DNA of 64,000 nucleotides from an uncultured bacterium. Its GTDB lineage: Bacteria; Auribacterota; Erginobacteria; Erginobacterales; Erginobacteraceae. This document shows, in pieces, positions 39,227 to 48,480 of this stretch (position 1 is the first letter of the stretch; each line of letters begins with the position of its first letter). The position numbers were made by a program, and so were the translations under genes. The notes below the pieces were generated by a model that saw only the letters and a list, made by a program, of their open reading frames with translations, was not told where the DNA came from and ran no database searches. The DNA lies in the NCBI GenBank assembly GCA_963822585.1, contig CAWGIE010000031.1, positions 96,001-160,000 of the forward strand, in the 5' to 3' direction.

Positions 39227-41103
39227 GACCTTACTCGAAAAGCTACTTTCAAGAAACAGCAAACCGAAGAATAATAGCATAATCGGGGGAGAAAAGGCAT
39301 AGTAAAAATGCCGCAATGTGCTACAATTAGCCAACTACCGCAAAATAGGAGGCTGAATATGCAAGCACACGCGGCACATCATAATCTACCATCTCCCCAC
39401 CTCCAGGGCAACCTATTTTTGCCGGTTCCCGACAGCGATTTCAGCGCTTTTCTGCAACAAAGCGAAGAATTAGTCAGATTTGCCCCTGAAATCCTGGCTG
39501 AAATCGATCGGGATTTGGATCAACGCGGGATAGGAAAGAAAATAAAGCGTTTTGCAGATAAACGGCATATGGAGGAGTTGACATCCGAATTGTCTGGCAT
39601 ACGGTTGGATGATTACAGTGTCAACGATTATGAGTACCAGCTTGAAGTAGGCCACCCCCGGATGCCGGCTTACCTGGTGTATATATTTTTGCAGATACGG
39701 GGCTATCTGGGTTCGGCAACCAACAGGGAGGCGGTAACCTTTATTCTGGAATCAATGTCGCTATATTCTTTCCTGCAGAGTCGAGGTTATAAGATGCCGG
39801 CACCAAACACGATCCTGGAGAACACCAATGCGGTTACGAACCGGACCCGGGAGTTGATCCTGGAAAAGCAGATTGCCTTGATCCGGGAAGAAGGACTGGA
39901 TGATTTTATAAAGACGACTTTCGATTCGACTCAGGTGGAGGCGAACTCCGCCTGGCCCACCGACTCAAGGATCTTGACGGGTTTGGTAACGCGAGCGCAC
40001 AAGTTGGGCCAGTTGCTGGAGAATTTTCAACTGCCGAATTTTTCGGTGTGGTGGATGCGGCAATGGCTGAAAAAGATGCGGAGATTGGATCTGGAGATTA
40101 ATCTGGCGTCAACCAAGTCCCGAATGAAAAACCGGAGAAAGAAGATACGGCAGTATTATCGTCGTCTGTTCGGTTTTGGCCGCCAGGCAATTGCTTATCT
40201 GGACGAGGAGTTGACGAAGTTGGAGGACACCTACCAGCCGTACGATTTTATCCTTCCCAGCCAGAGGCAGAGGCTGGAAAATTTATTGCAACAAATCCGT
40301 GAAGATATCGAGGATGCCGGGCGAGTGGTCGCCTATGCCGAAGAGCGTGTCTTCGCAGGCAAAGTCGTAAGTTCTCGGGATAAGATATTGAGTTTAGCGG
40401 ATAAATCGGCGGCTTATATCGAGAAGGGCGGCCGGGAAGCAGTGATCGGTTACAAGCCGCAGATTGCCAGGAGCGGGGAGGGATTTATTGTTGGACTGAT
40501 CGTCAGGGAGGGGAATCCAGCAGACAAGTCTGAGTTATTGCCTTTGTTTGACGAGGTGGTCGGACGGACGGGGATAGTCCCGGAGGTGGTCAGTGCGGAT
40601 GACGGTTATGCGTTTGGGGATGCCCGGGACACTATCCTTGAGCGGGGAGTGAAGGTAATGAGTTTGAGCGGATCGCGGGGGAAGAGAATAATCGGGGATA
40701 GAGATTGGGAGAGCGATGGATACCGGGAAGCCCGACGGATGCGATCGGCAGTTGAATCCCTGATGTTCGTCTTGAAGCACTGTTTTGAATTTGGACGTTT
40801 GGGCCGGCGGGGTCTGGAGGCGGTGCGCGCGGAGTTGCTGGAGAAGGCCATAGCCTACAATACCTGCCGGATTACATATTTGAAGAGGAGGGCAGAACAA
40901 GAGATTGTAAGTCAGGCCGCTTAAACAGCGGCCGCAAATAATTGTCAGAGAGAAAACACGGGAGGAGTGTTTCCGCGCTCAGTCCGGAAGAAGCAAATGG
41001 GCGATAAATCAGGCAGCAGATAGCACAGAAAACGCAAAATTCGGTGCTCTTGCCGGTTGAGGGAGAACAAGGGGGTGTGGCGGGGGGCTTTTCGAGTAAG
41101 GTC
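39227..41103 (+). mobile_element. IS element, 1877 bp (ISNCY/IS5-like DDE)
   Basis: Perfect 17-bp IRs GACCTTACTCGAAAAGC / GCTTTTCGAGTAAGGTC; 6-bp target duplication TAGCTA. Confidence 0.95.
39359..40924 (+). CDS. DDE transposase
   Basis: AGGAGG before ATG 39359; FDSTQVEAN..PTD, SADDGY, RSAVESL. Confidence 0.9.
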   Translation: MQAHAAHHNLPSPHLQGNLFLPVPDSDFSAFLQQSEELVRFAPEILAEIDRDLDQRGIGKKIKRFADKRHMEELTSELSGIRLDDYSVNDYEYQLEVGHPRMPAYLVYIFLQIRGYLGSATNREAVTFILESMSLYSFLQSRGYKMPAPNTILENTNAVTNRTRELILEKQIALIREEGLDDFIKTTFDSTQVEANSAWPTDSRILTGLVTRAHKLGQLLENFQLPNFSVWWMRQWLKKMRRLDLEINLASTKSRMKNRRKKIRQYYRRLFGFGRQAIAYLDEELTKLEDTYQPYDFILPSQRQRLENLLQQIREDIEDAGRVVAYAEERVFAGKVVSSRDKILSLADKSAAYIEKGGREAVIGYKPQIARSGEGFIVGLIVREGNPADKSELLPLFDEVVGRTGIVPEVVSADDGYAFGDARDTILERGVKVMSLSGSRGKRIIGDRDWESDGYREARRMRSAVESLMFVLKHCFEFGRLGRRGLEAVRAELLEKAIAYNTCRITYLKRRAEQEIVSQAA

Positions 41104-41685
41104 TAGCTATCGAGATCGTCGTCTCTATTTCAGGGGGAGAATGCAATAAATCATTTACCGTGAGGCTAGCCTTGGTGGCATCTGAGGCTTCATCCAGAGA
41201 AAAGGGCAGCAGGTTCAGAATAGCCACCCTCCCTGCCAATGACTGGCTAATTCCCTGCATTAAAGGAAATTGCTGAGAACCCGAGAGGAGCCATTGTCCT
41301 GGTCTTCGATCTTCATCAATAGCGGATTTTATGTAATTTAAAAAATCGGGGACGTACTGTATTTCATCTAAAATAATCGGCGGAGGATGTTGATTTAGAA
41401 ATCCTTTTGGATCCCTGAGTATCCTATCTCGTACATCGGGGTTTTCGAGTGATACATACCGATGGGTCGCCGACCACCGGGTTTTCAGTAAAGTTGTCTT
41501 TCCGGATTGCCGGGGACCGCTTACCAGAACCGCCGGAAAGGTTTCCATCGCCCGGCTAATGGCATGTTCTAAGTTCCTCTTTAGCATAGGCTTAATCTAT
41601 AATTTAGCAGATTTAAAGTCAAATATTAAATTTGCGTACTTAATCTCTTTCTTTCGCGATCAAAAACATTGGCGGGTAAAGCGAC

Positions 41686-42801
41686 TTATCGGTAAAAACG
41701 ACGGACACAATCGATCACGTGGTCAATCTGCTCATCGGAAAGGTGCTGGTGGACGGGGAGGGTGATCAGTGAACGGCATTGTGCCTCGGTCCGGGAGAGG
41801 TCGGTCCGGCCGAAGGGCGGATCCTGGTCGAGCGAGGCCTTCTGGAGGTGGTTGGGGATGGGATAGTGGACCTTGGCCTCGATCCCGGCCTTGATTAAGT
41901 GTTTCAGGAGCCGGTCGCGGTCGGCGGCCAGGACCATATATATATGGTAGACGTGGCGTCCGCCAGCCCGGCGCGGGGGGACGGTGATGAACTCCGAGAG
42001 CGGCGGCGCTGAGAAAGCCCGGTCGTAAACCCCGGCGTGAGCGATCCGCCGGTCGGTGATCTCGTCGATCCGCGGGTACAGATAGTTGCCGACGATGGCC
42101 TGGATGGTGTCGAGGCGCCCGTTAAAGCCATAGACCTCGACCTCGTCCCTCCCCTTCAGGCCGTGGTTGCGCAGGAACAGGATCTTGTTGTAGACATCCT
42201 CCGAATCGGTGACGATGAAACCGCCGTCCCCCCAGACGTTGAGGTTCTTCAGGGGGTGGACGCTGAAGGCCCCCGCCGCCCCGAAGGTTCCGGCGTGCTT
42301 CCCGTTAATCTTCGCGCTGATGGCGCAGCAGGAGTCCTCCACTACCGGCAACCCGTGGCGCGCGGCGATATTAACAATCTCTTCCATCCGCGGGGGGGAT
42401 CCTGAATACCAGACTGGCATGATCGCCCGGGTATTTTCCGTGATCGCTTTCTCGATCAGGGCGGGATCGATGGTGAAGTCGTCGAGCACGTCCACGTAAT
42501 AGGGGCGGGCTCCCACGGCCACAATCGAGCCGATGGTGGCGATGAAGGTCTGGGAAACCGTGATCACTTCGTCGCCGGGGCCGACCCCGACGGCTCTCAA
42601 GAGCATCGAGAGGGCGATCGTCCCCGAGCTGGTCCCCAGGCAGTAGCGGGCCCCGGTGTAACGGGCCATCTTCTCCTCGAACTCTTCCAGTTCGGGCCCG
42701 AAAGTGTACTGGTGATGCTTGAGCAGGGTCGAGCGGATCTTCTCCAGAATCGGCTCCGGTTCGGCGAATTGCTCTTCCAGGTAAGAGTAAGATACTTTCA
42801 T
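41686..42801 (-). CDS. DegT/DnrJ/EryC1/StrS aminotransferase
   Basis: SSGTIAL, VEDSCCA, FSVHPLKNL. Confidence 0.9.
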   Translation of the reverse strand: MKVSYSYLEEQFAEPEPILEKIRSTLLKHHQYTFGPELEEFEEKMARYTGARYCLGTSSGTIALSMLLRAVGVGPGDEVITVSQTFIATIGSIVAVGARPYYVDVLDDFTIDPALIEKAITENTRAIMPVWYSGSPPRMEEIVNIAARHGLPVVEDSCCAISAKINGKHAGTFGAAGAFSVHPLKNLNVWGDGGFIVTDSEDVYNKILFLRNHGLKGRDEVEVYGFNGRLDTIQAIVGNYLYPRIDEITDRRIAHAGVYDRAFSAPPLSEFITVPPRRAGGRHVYHIYMVLAADRDRLLKHLIKAGIEAKVHYPIPNHLQKASLDQDPPFGRTDLSRTEAQCRSLITLPVHQHLSDEQIDHVIDCVRRFYR

Positions 42802-43796
42802 CGTAGTTTAATTTCCTTCATCCGCTTGATATTGAAATACAGGGGATTGCTCATCGGTTCCTGAAGCCGACCGTCCTCGAGCGCCGCCTTGAGGTCCCCT
42901 ACCGCATCCGCGATCGTGTGGCGGGGGGCGAAACCGAGCTGCTCCTTGATCTTCTTCGAGGAGATGTGGTAAGAGCGGGGGTCGTCGGTCGGCTCGGTGA
43001 TAATCTCGACCTCATGGCCGACGATCTCCCGAACCTGCCGTGCCAGCGCGGAGACCGGGAAGTTCTCGTAGCCGGCGTTGAATATCTTCCGGTTGACCCG
43101 TTCATCCTCGTACTCCAGCGCCTTCAGGTAGAGATCGGTCACGTCCTCGATATGGATATTCGGCCGCTTCTGGTCGCCGCCGTTGACGATGATCCGGTTC
43201 CGGTTGACGGCATGATTGGTCAGGATGTTGACGATCAGGTCGAGACGCTGACGGGGGGAGTAGCCGCAAACGGTGGCCGGACGGAGGATCAGGGCGACGA
43301 AGTCATCGTCGGCGTATCTCAGGACAACCTTCTCGCACATCGCCTTGAACTTCGAGTAATCGGTCAGCGGTTCCAGTTCCATCTCCTCGGTCACGTCCTC
43401 GCACTCCTTGATCCCGTAAACACTGGAACTGGAAGCGTAGATGAATCTCTTCACCCCGGCGCCCTTTGCCATTTTTACCAAAGGTTCAAAACAGTCGAAG
43501 TTGATTGACCTCCCCAGTTCCGGGTCGAGCTCGAAACTGGGGTCATTGGAGATACAGGCCAGGTGGATGATCGCCTCGACCCCCTCCAGTTCCCGAGCCA
43601 GCAGTTTCAGATCCCGCACGTCTCCCGTGACCAGGGTCAAACCCGGATGATTCTTGACCGCCTTAAAGACCTCTTCACCGTAGATGAAAAGATCATAAAC
43701 CTTAACCCGGTAACCCGCTTTCAGGAGTTTCGGGACCAATACCGCCCCCACGTACCCTCCCCCGCCGATGACCATGATGCTGTTAAACCGTTTCAA
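42798..43796 (-). CDS. NAD-dependent epimerase/dehydratase (extended SDR)
   Basis: GGGGYVG, HLACISND, YSKFK. Confidence 0.9.
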   Translation of the reverse strand: MKRFNSIMVIGGGGYVGAVLVPKLLKAGYRVKVYDLFIYGEEVFKAVKNHPGLTLVTGDVRDLKLLARELEGVEAIIHLACISNDPSFELDPELGRSINFDCFEPLVKMAKGAGVKRFIYASSSSVYGIKECEDVTEEMELEPLTDYSKFKAMCEKVVLRYADDDFVALILRPATVCGYSPRQRLDLIVNILTNHAVNRNRIIVNGGDQKRPNIHIEDVTDLYLKALEYEDERVNRKIFNAGYENFPVSALARQVREIVGHEVEIITEPTDDPRSYHISSKKIKEQLGFAPRHTIADAVGDLKAALEDGRLQEPMSNPLYFNIKRMKEIKLR

Positions 43797-43847
43797 AGCT
43801 GACTCCTTGATGTTTCCTCAATACAAGTGTGTTCCTTTAGAAATAAA

Positions 43848-43878
43848 AGTAATCAGTAATCAGTGATCAGTAATCAGA
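43848..43878. repeat. Heptamer arm (AATCAGT)x4 downstream of four-helix gene 1
   Basis: agt aatcagt aatcagt gatcagt aatcag. Confidence 0.85.
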
Positions 43879-44328
43879 TTAATCCTGCTCGAAAATTTCC
43901 GGGCTGGATTGAGTTGTTTCCTCAAATTGATAAAGGACTTCATCTTCTTTGACGACTTCGCCGCAAAAACGAGATGATTTGCCGATCATGCCGTGAAGCA
44001 TTTTCCCTATCTCTTCATATCTTCCAAGTAATTCCCGGTTTTTTGAAATATCAATATATTCGCAATCTAACGAAGTATCAAGCCAGTGCTGGGTTTCTTG
44101 TTGTTCCCCATCAGCGTCAGTTAATTTACTGATAAAGTGCGCTTCATATTTTCTCTTTGCCCACGCCTCGGCGATCTGAGCTCCTACTGACCGGGAGGAT
44201 TTCCGGATTTGAGATATCAAAGAATATTTTTCCTCTTTGGGGAAAGTCTTCGTCAGTTCAAAAATTTCCTTAGCCAGTTGTCGGGCCAGCTTATACACCT
44301 TGAGATCCCGATAACTTTTAACATACAT
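43879..44328 (-). CDS. Four-helix-bundle protein (23S rRNA IVP / bAvd-like family)
   Basis: SYRDLKVYK...FPKEEKYSLISQIRKSSRSVGAQIAEAW...GEQQETQHWL. Confidence 0.9.
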   Translation of the reverse strand: MYVKSYRDLKVYKLARQLAKEIFELTKTFPKEEKYSLISQIRKSSRSVGAQIAEAWAKRKYEAHFISKLTDADGEQQETQHWLDTSLDCEYIDISKNRELLGRYEEIGKMLHGMIGKSSRFCGEVVKEDEVLYQFEETTQSSPEIFEQD

Positions 44329-44375
44329 CTTTATTCTCCCGCTCACCGGTTACTGATTACTGATTACTGATTACT

Positions 44376-45846
44376 AGCCAGGTGACACACCATTTTAGTC
44401 ACTTTGTTGAGAATAACATGGCAACGAGGCTTAAATTAATCAGCTCTAATTTGGTTGATAGAATGATTTGTTGGTGCGCAGCCTTCCCGGGGGGCCAGTG
44501 AGCGGAGCGAACTGGCCCCCCGGGAAGGCTGCTCGGTCCGATTTTAATGAATCTGAATTTATTCGCTGAGGCGCTCCCTGGATATATGATAGACCACTTC
44601 ACCTAAACACGGCTGATTGTTAGGCTCTTTTCTTCGCAACCGGTAGAATCTTATCCGATCAGATCGAAGATCAATTTCACACCTTACCAGGCGATGAACC
44701 CAGTGCTTATCTACGCTGAATGTACGCCCGAGGAAGTGTACTGAACCTTTCTCACTGGTCCGACGAATGTATATTATTTGCCCTCGCGGTAAAGTTTGCA
44801 GATTCAATTCCCATTCTTCCGGGAATGGCCGCCTTGGAGGTGCATCGGCAATTTTATGAGCCATACGATCTCGATAGGCCTTAACATAAAGATCAGATCG
44901 GCCCTTGAGATCTTCAATATCCCTATGTTGAAATCGACTCCATACTTTCGATTCCCACCGCCCGTTATAGTTCTCTATACTTGCTTGAAAGCCTCTTTCT
45001 CGCGGTGGAACAAAGACTGGGGTGACCCCCAGGCCAAGACACAAACGCATTACTCGACCAATTGAATCCTTGTGATGATGGGCTCCTTGAAATCGCGTAT
45101 CATTATCAAATTGAGCATATTGTGGCAATCCACATTCTTCCCAATGTCCCGAAATCGACTCTACAGTTGCCTTGGCGCTGACTCGCTCCATCGGCCACGA
45201 TCCAGGAAGCTTCCCATGAAGCGAGATTCCATTGAGGACATCGACGTGAGTGCCTCCCTGGATAACCAGATCTTCCACCACATCAAAACTATCAAGCTCT
45301 GCCTCCCCTTTAGCTACGTCGGGCAAATACCAACCTGGAGTCGGCGCAGGCCTCCGGACGCGCATTTTCCCGTCCAGTTTCCCACGTCGCTTCAGGATGC
45401 GACCTATGGTGCGAGGACACGGGGCATCTTTGATACCCTGACTGATCAACGCACGATAAATAGCCTCCGAGCCATATTCGCCAAGATCGCTGTCTTTACG
45501 CAGCTCCTTTCGAAGATCCAATATCTTGTCTTCAATGGCTACCGACGTGCGGCGGATGTTTTTCGCCACCCGTGGCAAATCATTCCAATCAACCCGATCT
45601 AATCTTTGGCCTTCAGATTTATGCAACCAATACTGAATAGTACCCAAATAAACTTTATACTTAACCGCTGCTTTGCGTTGAGATAAACCATGTCTTACAT
45701 CACTGACCATAGCTTTCCGGAATTCGGCCGGATAATTTTTTTGGACATATAAACCTCCACTAGTATTTTTTGGGGACTATAATAACATAGCCAGGTGACT
45801 AAGATGCTCTGTCACTTGAGTGACTAAGATGCTCTGTCATGTGGCC
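44376..45846 (-). mobile_element. IS element, ~1.47 kb (integrase-core/IS481-like) inserted in the heptamer array
   Basis: Imperfect 27-bp IRs AGCCAGGTGACACACCATTTTAGTCAC vs GGCCACATGACAGAGCATCTTAGTCAC (rc); flanked by gattact units. Confidence 0.8.
44559..45748 (-). CDS. Transposase (HTH + integrase core); SD-linked start is out of frame at an A7 run
   Basis: ORF 44559-45710 with QFDNDTRF, IENYNGRW; GGAGG+ATG at 45748 joins NYPAEFRKAMVS only with a shift at T7 45736-45742. Confidence 0.8.
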
Positions 45847-46001
45847 GATTACTGATTACTGATTACTGATAACTGATTACTGATCACTGATTACTGATCA
45901 CTGATTACTGATCACTGATTACTGATCACTGATTACTGATCACTGATTACTGATTACTGATTACTGATCACTGATTACTGATCACTGATTACTGATCACT
46001 G
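45847..46001. repeat. Long heptamer array, 21 full ACTGATN units
   Basis: Units 45851-45997, largely alternating ACTGATT/ACTGATC; continues at 44352-44375 on the far side of the IS. Confidence 0.95.
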
Positions 46002-46007
46002 TTTTTT

Positions 46008-47046
46008 TCACCTCAGCTGCTTCACCCAGTTCATAATACTGCCCATGTTCAGCGAAAACAACAAATTCGCCTCCACCCCGCAAGCCATCGTGCAGGAACG
46101 GCATCCGGGCAGCGGCTCCAGCCGACGCCAGGCCTCGGCGAATCCCATTGCTTCCGTCTCTACCCCCTCCACCCTGCCCACGCCCATCCCGCAGGCGTAG
46201 AGTTTGCCGTCGGCTTCCAGGTGTGCGGTGGCCCGGCCCGCCCAACACTGGTAGAGAGAAACAGGTTCCGGACTGGTAACCCGGTCTTTCCAGGGCCAAT
46301 CAAGAGCGTTTTGGAAATAGGGCGGCGATCCGCCGACCGGAGCGCCGGACTTTTTCAGCTCGATCAATCGCCGGAGAGTTTCTCCCCGTTGCTCGCCGGT
46401 CAGGACCAGGTCGGCGATCTCCCTGAGGGCGGGATGGAAGTGCTCCCGGGGTTCCTGGAAGTAGTCGAGGAGGACAAAGTTAGCCGGTAATTTTCCGCCG
46501 GCGGGCGTGGGCGACGATCTCCTCGACCCGGGAGGCGTTAACCGTGGTGAGAACGGTATTGGTCCAGGCGCGAATACCCTTTTCCCCCAGGGCGTCCAGG
46601 GCCGCCTGGACAGTTTGATGGCTCCCCTCCCCTCTCAAATAATCGTGGACTTCTTCCGGGCCGTCATAGGAGACCTGGACAATGTCGGCCGGAAGCAGTT
46701 CATCAACCCGGTCCGGCACCTGGAATCCGTTGGTGGAGATCCCCGTGAACATCCCCAGCGCACTCGCGCGCTTCAGAACAACTCCGATGTCCTTTCTCAG
46801 CATCGGCTCGCCCCCGGTGAACTGGACCCTCCGCGTTCCCGCCGACCGCATTTGATCAAGAACTTTTAAAAGTCTTTCGGTCTTCCAGAAATCCGGGGCT
46901 GCCAGGCGGTCGAACCGGCAGTAGCGGCAGCGGCTGTTGCAGCGGTTGGTCAGGCCGATATGGACGCTCAGGGGCACCCGCCGGGAGGGGATAAGGTTCA
47001 TCAGGATGACTTCCTTCCCGATGGCGATCGTGTTCCCGAGTTTCAT
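46008..47046 (-). pseudogene. Radical SAM/SPASM protein, frameshifted
   Basis: TNRCNSRCRYC, GGEPMLR; shift at A4 (46491-46494) then LPANFVLL...CWAGR...DGKLYAC...CRSC. Confidence 0.8.
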
Positions 47047-47063
47047 TGGATTAGCCTGAGGGT

Positions 47064-47190
47064 GTCATCGCGGGCCCCGCAGGGGCGAAGCGATCTCGAC
47101 TTCCTTTCAAAGGTTTTAGATTGCTTGGCACAGTCAACCCCGCCTCCGCCCCGAAGTTTTAATCGGGGTTTATCGGGGCTCGCCATGACT
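47064..47190. repeat. Palindromic REP/RPE-like element, same family as 22574
   Basis: GTCATCGCG...GCGAAGCGATCTC...AGATTGCTT...CTCGCCATGAC. Confidence 0.65.
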
Positions 47191-47207
47191 ATGGTTCAAT
47201 CCATACT

Positions 47208-48467
47208 CTACTTTCGTTGCTGATTATCTTCCAGCGCTTCTGAAACTCTCCCGGCGATATCCTCGATTTCTTGTGCAGTGTAAAACGGGCTGCAGGGAAG
47301 CTCGATGCAGCGGCCGCCCAGCCGCGCCGCCGTCGGGCATTCGCGGCGGCCGGCAAAGATCTCGAGGCCGGCGCAGTTTCGCATATCGTCGGGCTTGGTG
47401 TCCACCCCCCGGCGGAGCAGGGCGCGCCGGACCTTCTTCGGATCTTCCACCCGGGCCCGGAGGTAGAGGAAAGAGGAGCGCGTCCCCGGCGGTTCCATTT
47501 GGAGTTGCAGGTCCCGGCAGCCGGCGAGAAGCGAGCGAAGGAGACGGGCGTTGGCCTCCTGTCTCTCCAGCCAGCGGGGCAACCGCTCTAGCTGCCTCAG
47601 ACCGACCGCCGCCTGGAAGGGGGAAAAACTATTTGTCCCGCTTTTCCCGTTCCGGACATTCCGGGAGCCGGAAAGCGGAGCCACTTCTTCCAGAAACGGG
47701 CGGTCAAAACGATCGCTGCTTAAGATTGCCGCCAAACGCAGAAGCGGATAGAGGGTCCAGGGAAATACCAGGGGCTGGGTGAGGAGGATGGCCGCGATGT
47801 TGAAAGCCTGACCCCTGAGGATCGCAAAACCGCCGGGGGGAGAGCCGCCCGCGAGCGCGGCCCTCATCCGCTCCGCCAGGGCGGGATCCTTCACCGTCAT
47901 CGCCCCTCCCCCCCAGCAGGGGAGGTTCTTGCTCATGGCGAAGGTAAAGAGTGCCGCATCGCCCAGGGTCCCCGCGGGGCGGCCGTTATACCGTGCCCCC
48001 AGACCGTGGGCGCAGTCCTCGATCACCTTCAGGCCGTGTTCCCGGGCGATCTCGTTGATCCGGTCCATCTCCGCCGGGACACCGAAAAGATGGGTGGGTA
48101 CGATCGCTTTCGTCCGGCGGTTGACCAGGGATGAGATCTTCTCCGGGTCGATGTTCCAGGTGCCGGGATCGACATCGGCGAATACCGGCTTGAAGCCGCA
48201 CTCGGCGGCCGCCGCCGGGATCGGGTGGAAGGTATAGGCGGGGAAGATAATCTCCGCCCCCGGCTCGATCTCCAGGGATTCCAGCAGAAGGCGAAAGCCC
48301 GCCCGCCCCGAACCGACCAGGACCGTCTCCGGGAATTTTCCGAGTTCCCGGAACCGGTCGAGAAATTCGGTCTCCGGAGAACCCGGGCGGATATTTTTGA
48401 ACTCCTGGAGCAGGGAGAGGAACAACTCCCCCGGCGGCATATTGATCCGGAAACGCGGATACGGCAT
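47208..48467 (-). CDS. DegT-family aminotransferase
   Basis: GSGRAG, THLFG, IEDCAH, FAMSKNL. Confidence 0.85.
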   Translation of the reverse strand: MPYPRFRINMPPGELFLSLLQEFKNIRPGSPETEFLDRFRELGKFPETVLVGSGRAGFRLLLESLEIEPGAEIIFPAYTFHPIPAAAAECGFKPVFADVDPGTWNIDPEKISSLVNRRTKAIVPTHLFGVPAEMDRINEIAREHGLKVIEDCAHGLGARYNGRPAGTLGDAALFTFAMSKNLPCWGGGAMTVKDPALAERMRAALAGGSPPGGFAILRGQAFNIAAILLTQPLVFPWTLYPLLRLAAILSSDRFDRPFLEEVAPLSGSRNVRNGKSGTNSFSPFQAAVGLRQLERLPRWLERQEANARLLRSLLAGCRDLQLQMEPPGTRSSFLYLRARVEDPKKVRRALLRRGVDTKPDDMRNCAGLEIFAGRRECPTAARLGGRCIELPCSPFYTAQEIEDIAGRVSEALEDNQQRK

Positions 48468-48480
48468 ATCTCTACCCTGA

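Larger units (their letters stand above)
38505..41587 (-). pseudogene. AAA ATPase (AAA_14/DUF4143-like) interrupted by IS
   Basis: N-part GPRQSGKTT, LDEIQ; C-part GAYPE, YLERD, KSPKLYFLDTG, EVD, FEVK; removing IS plus one TAGCTA restores ...TISIANWILRGAYPE. Confidence 0.9.

Noticed and set aside
43879..44328. 23S rRNA intervening sequence
   Set aside because: Flanks are protein-coding genes; no rRNA or tRNA sequence recognised in the window
45847..46001. CRISPR array
   Set aside because: Contiguous 7-bp units with no unique spacers and no cas genes
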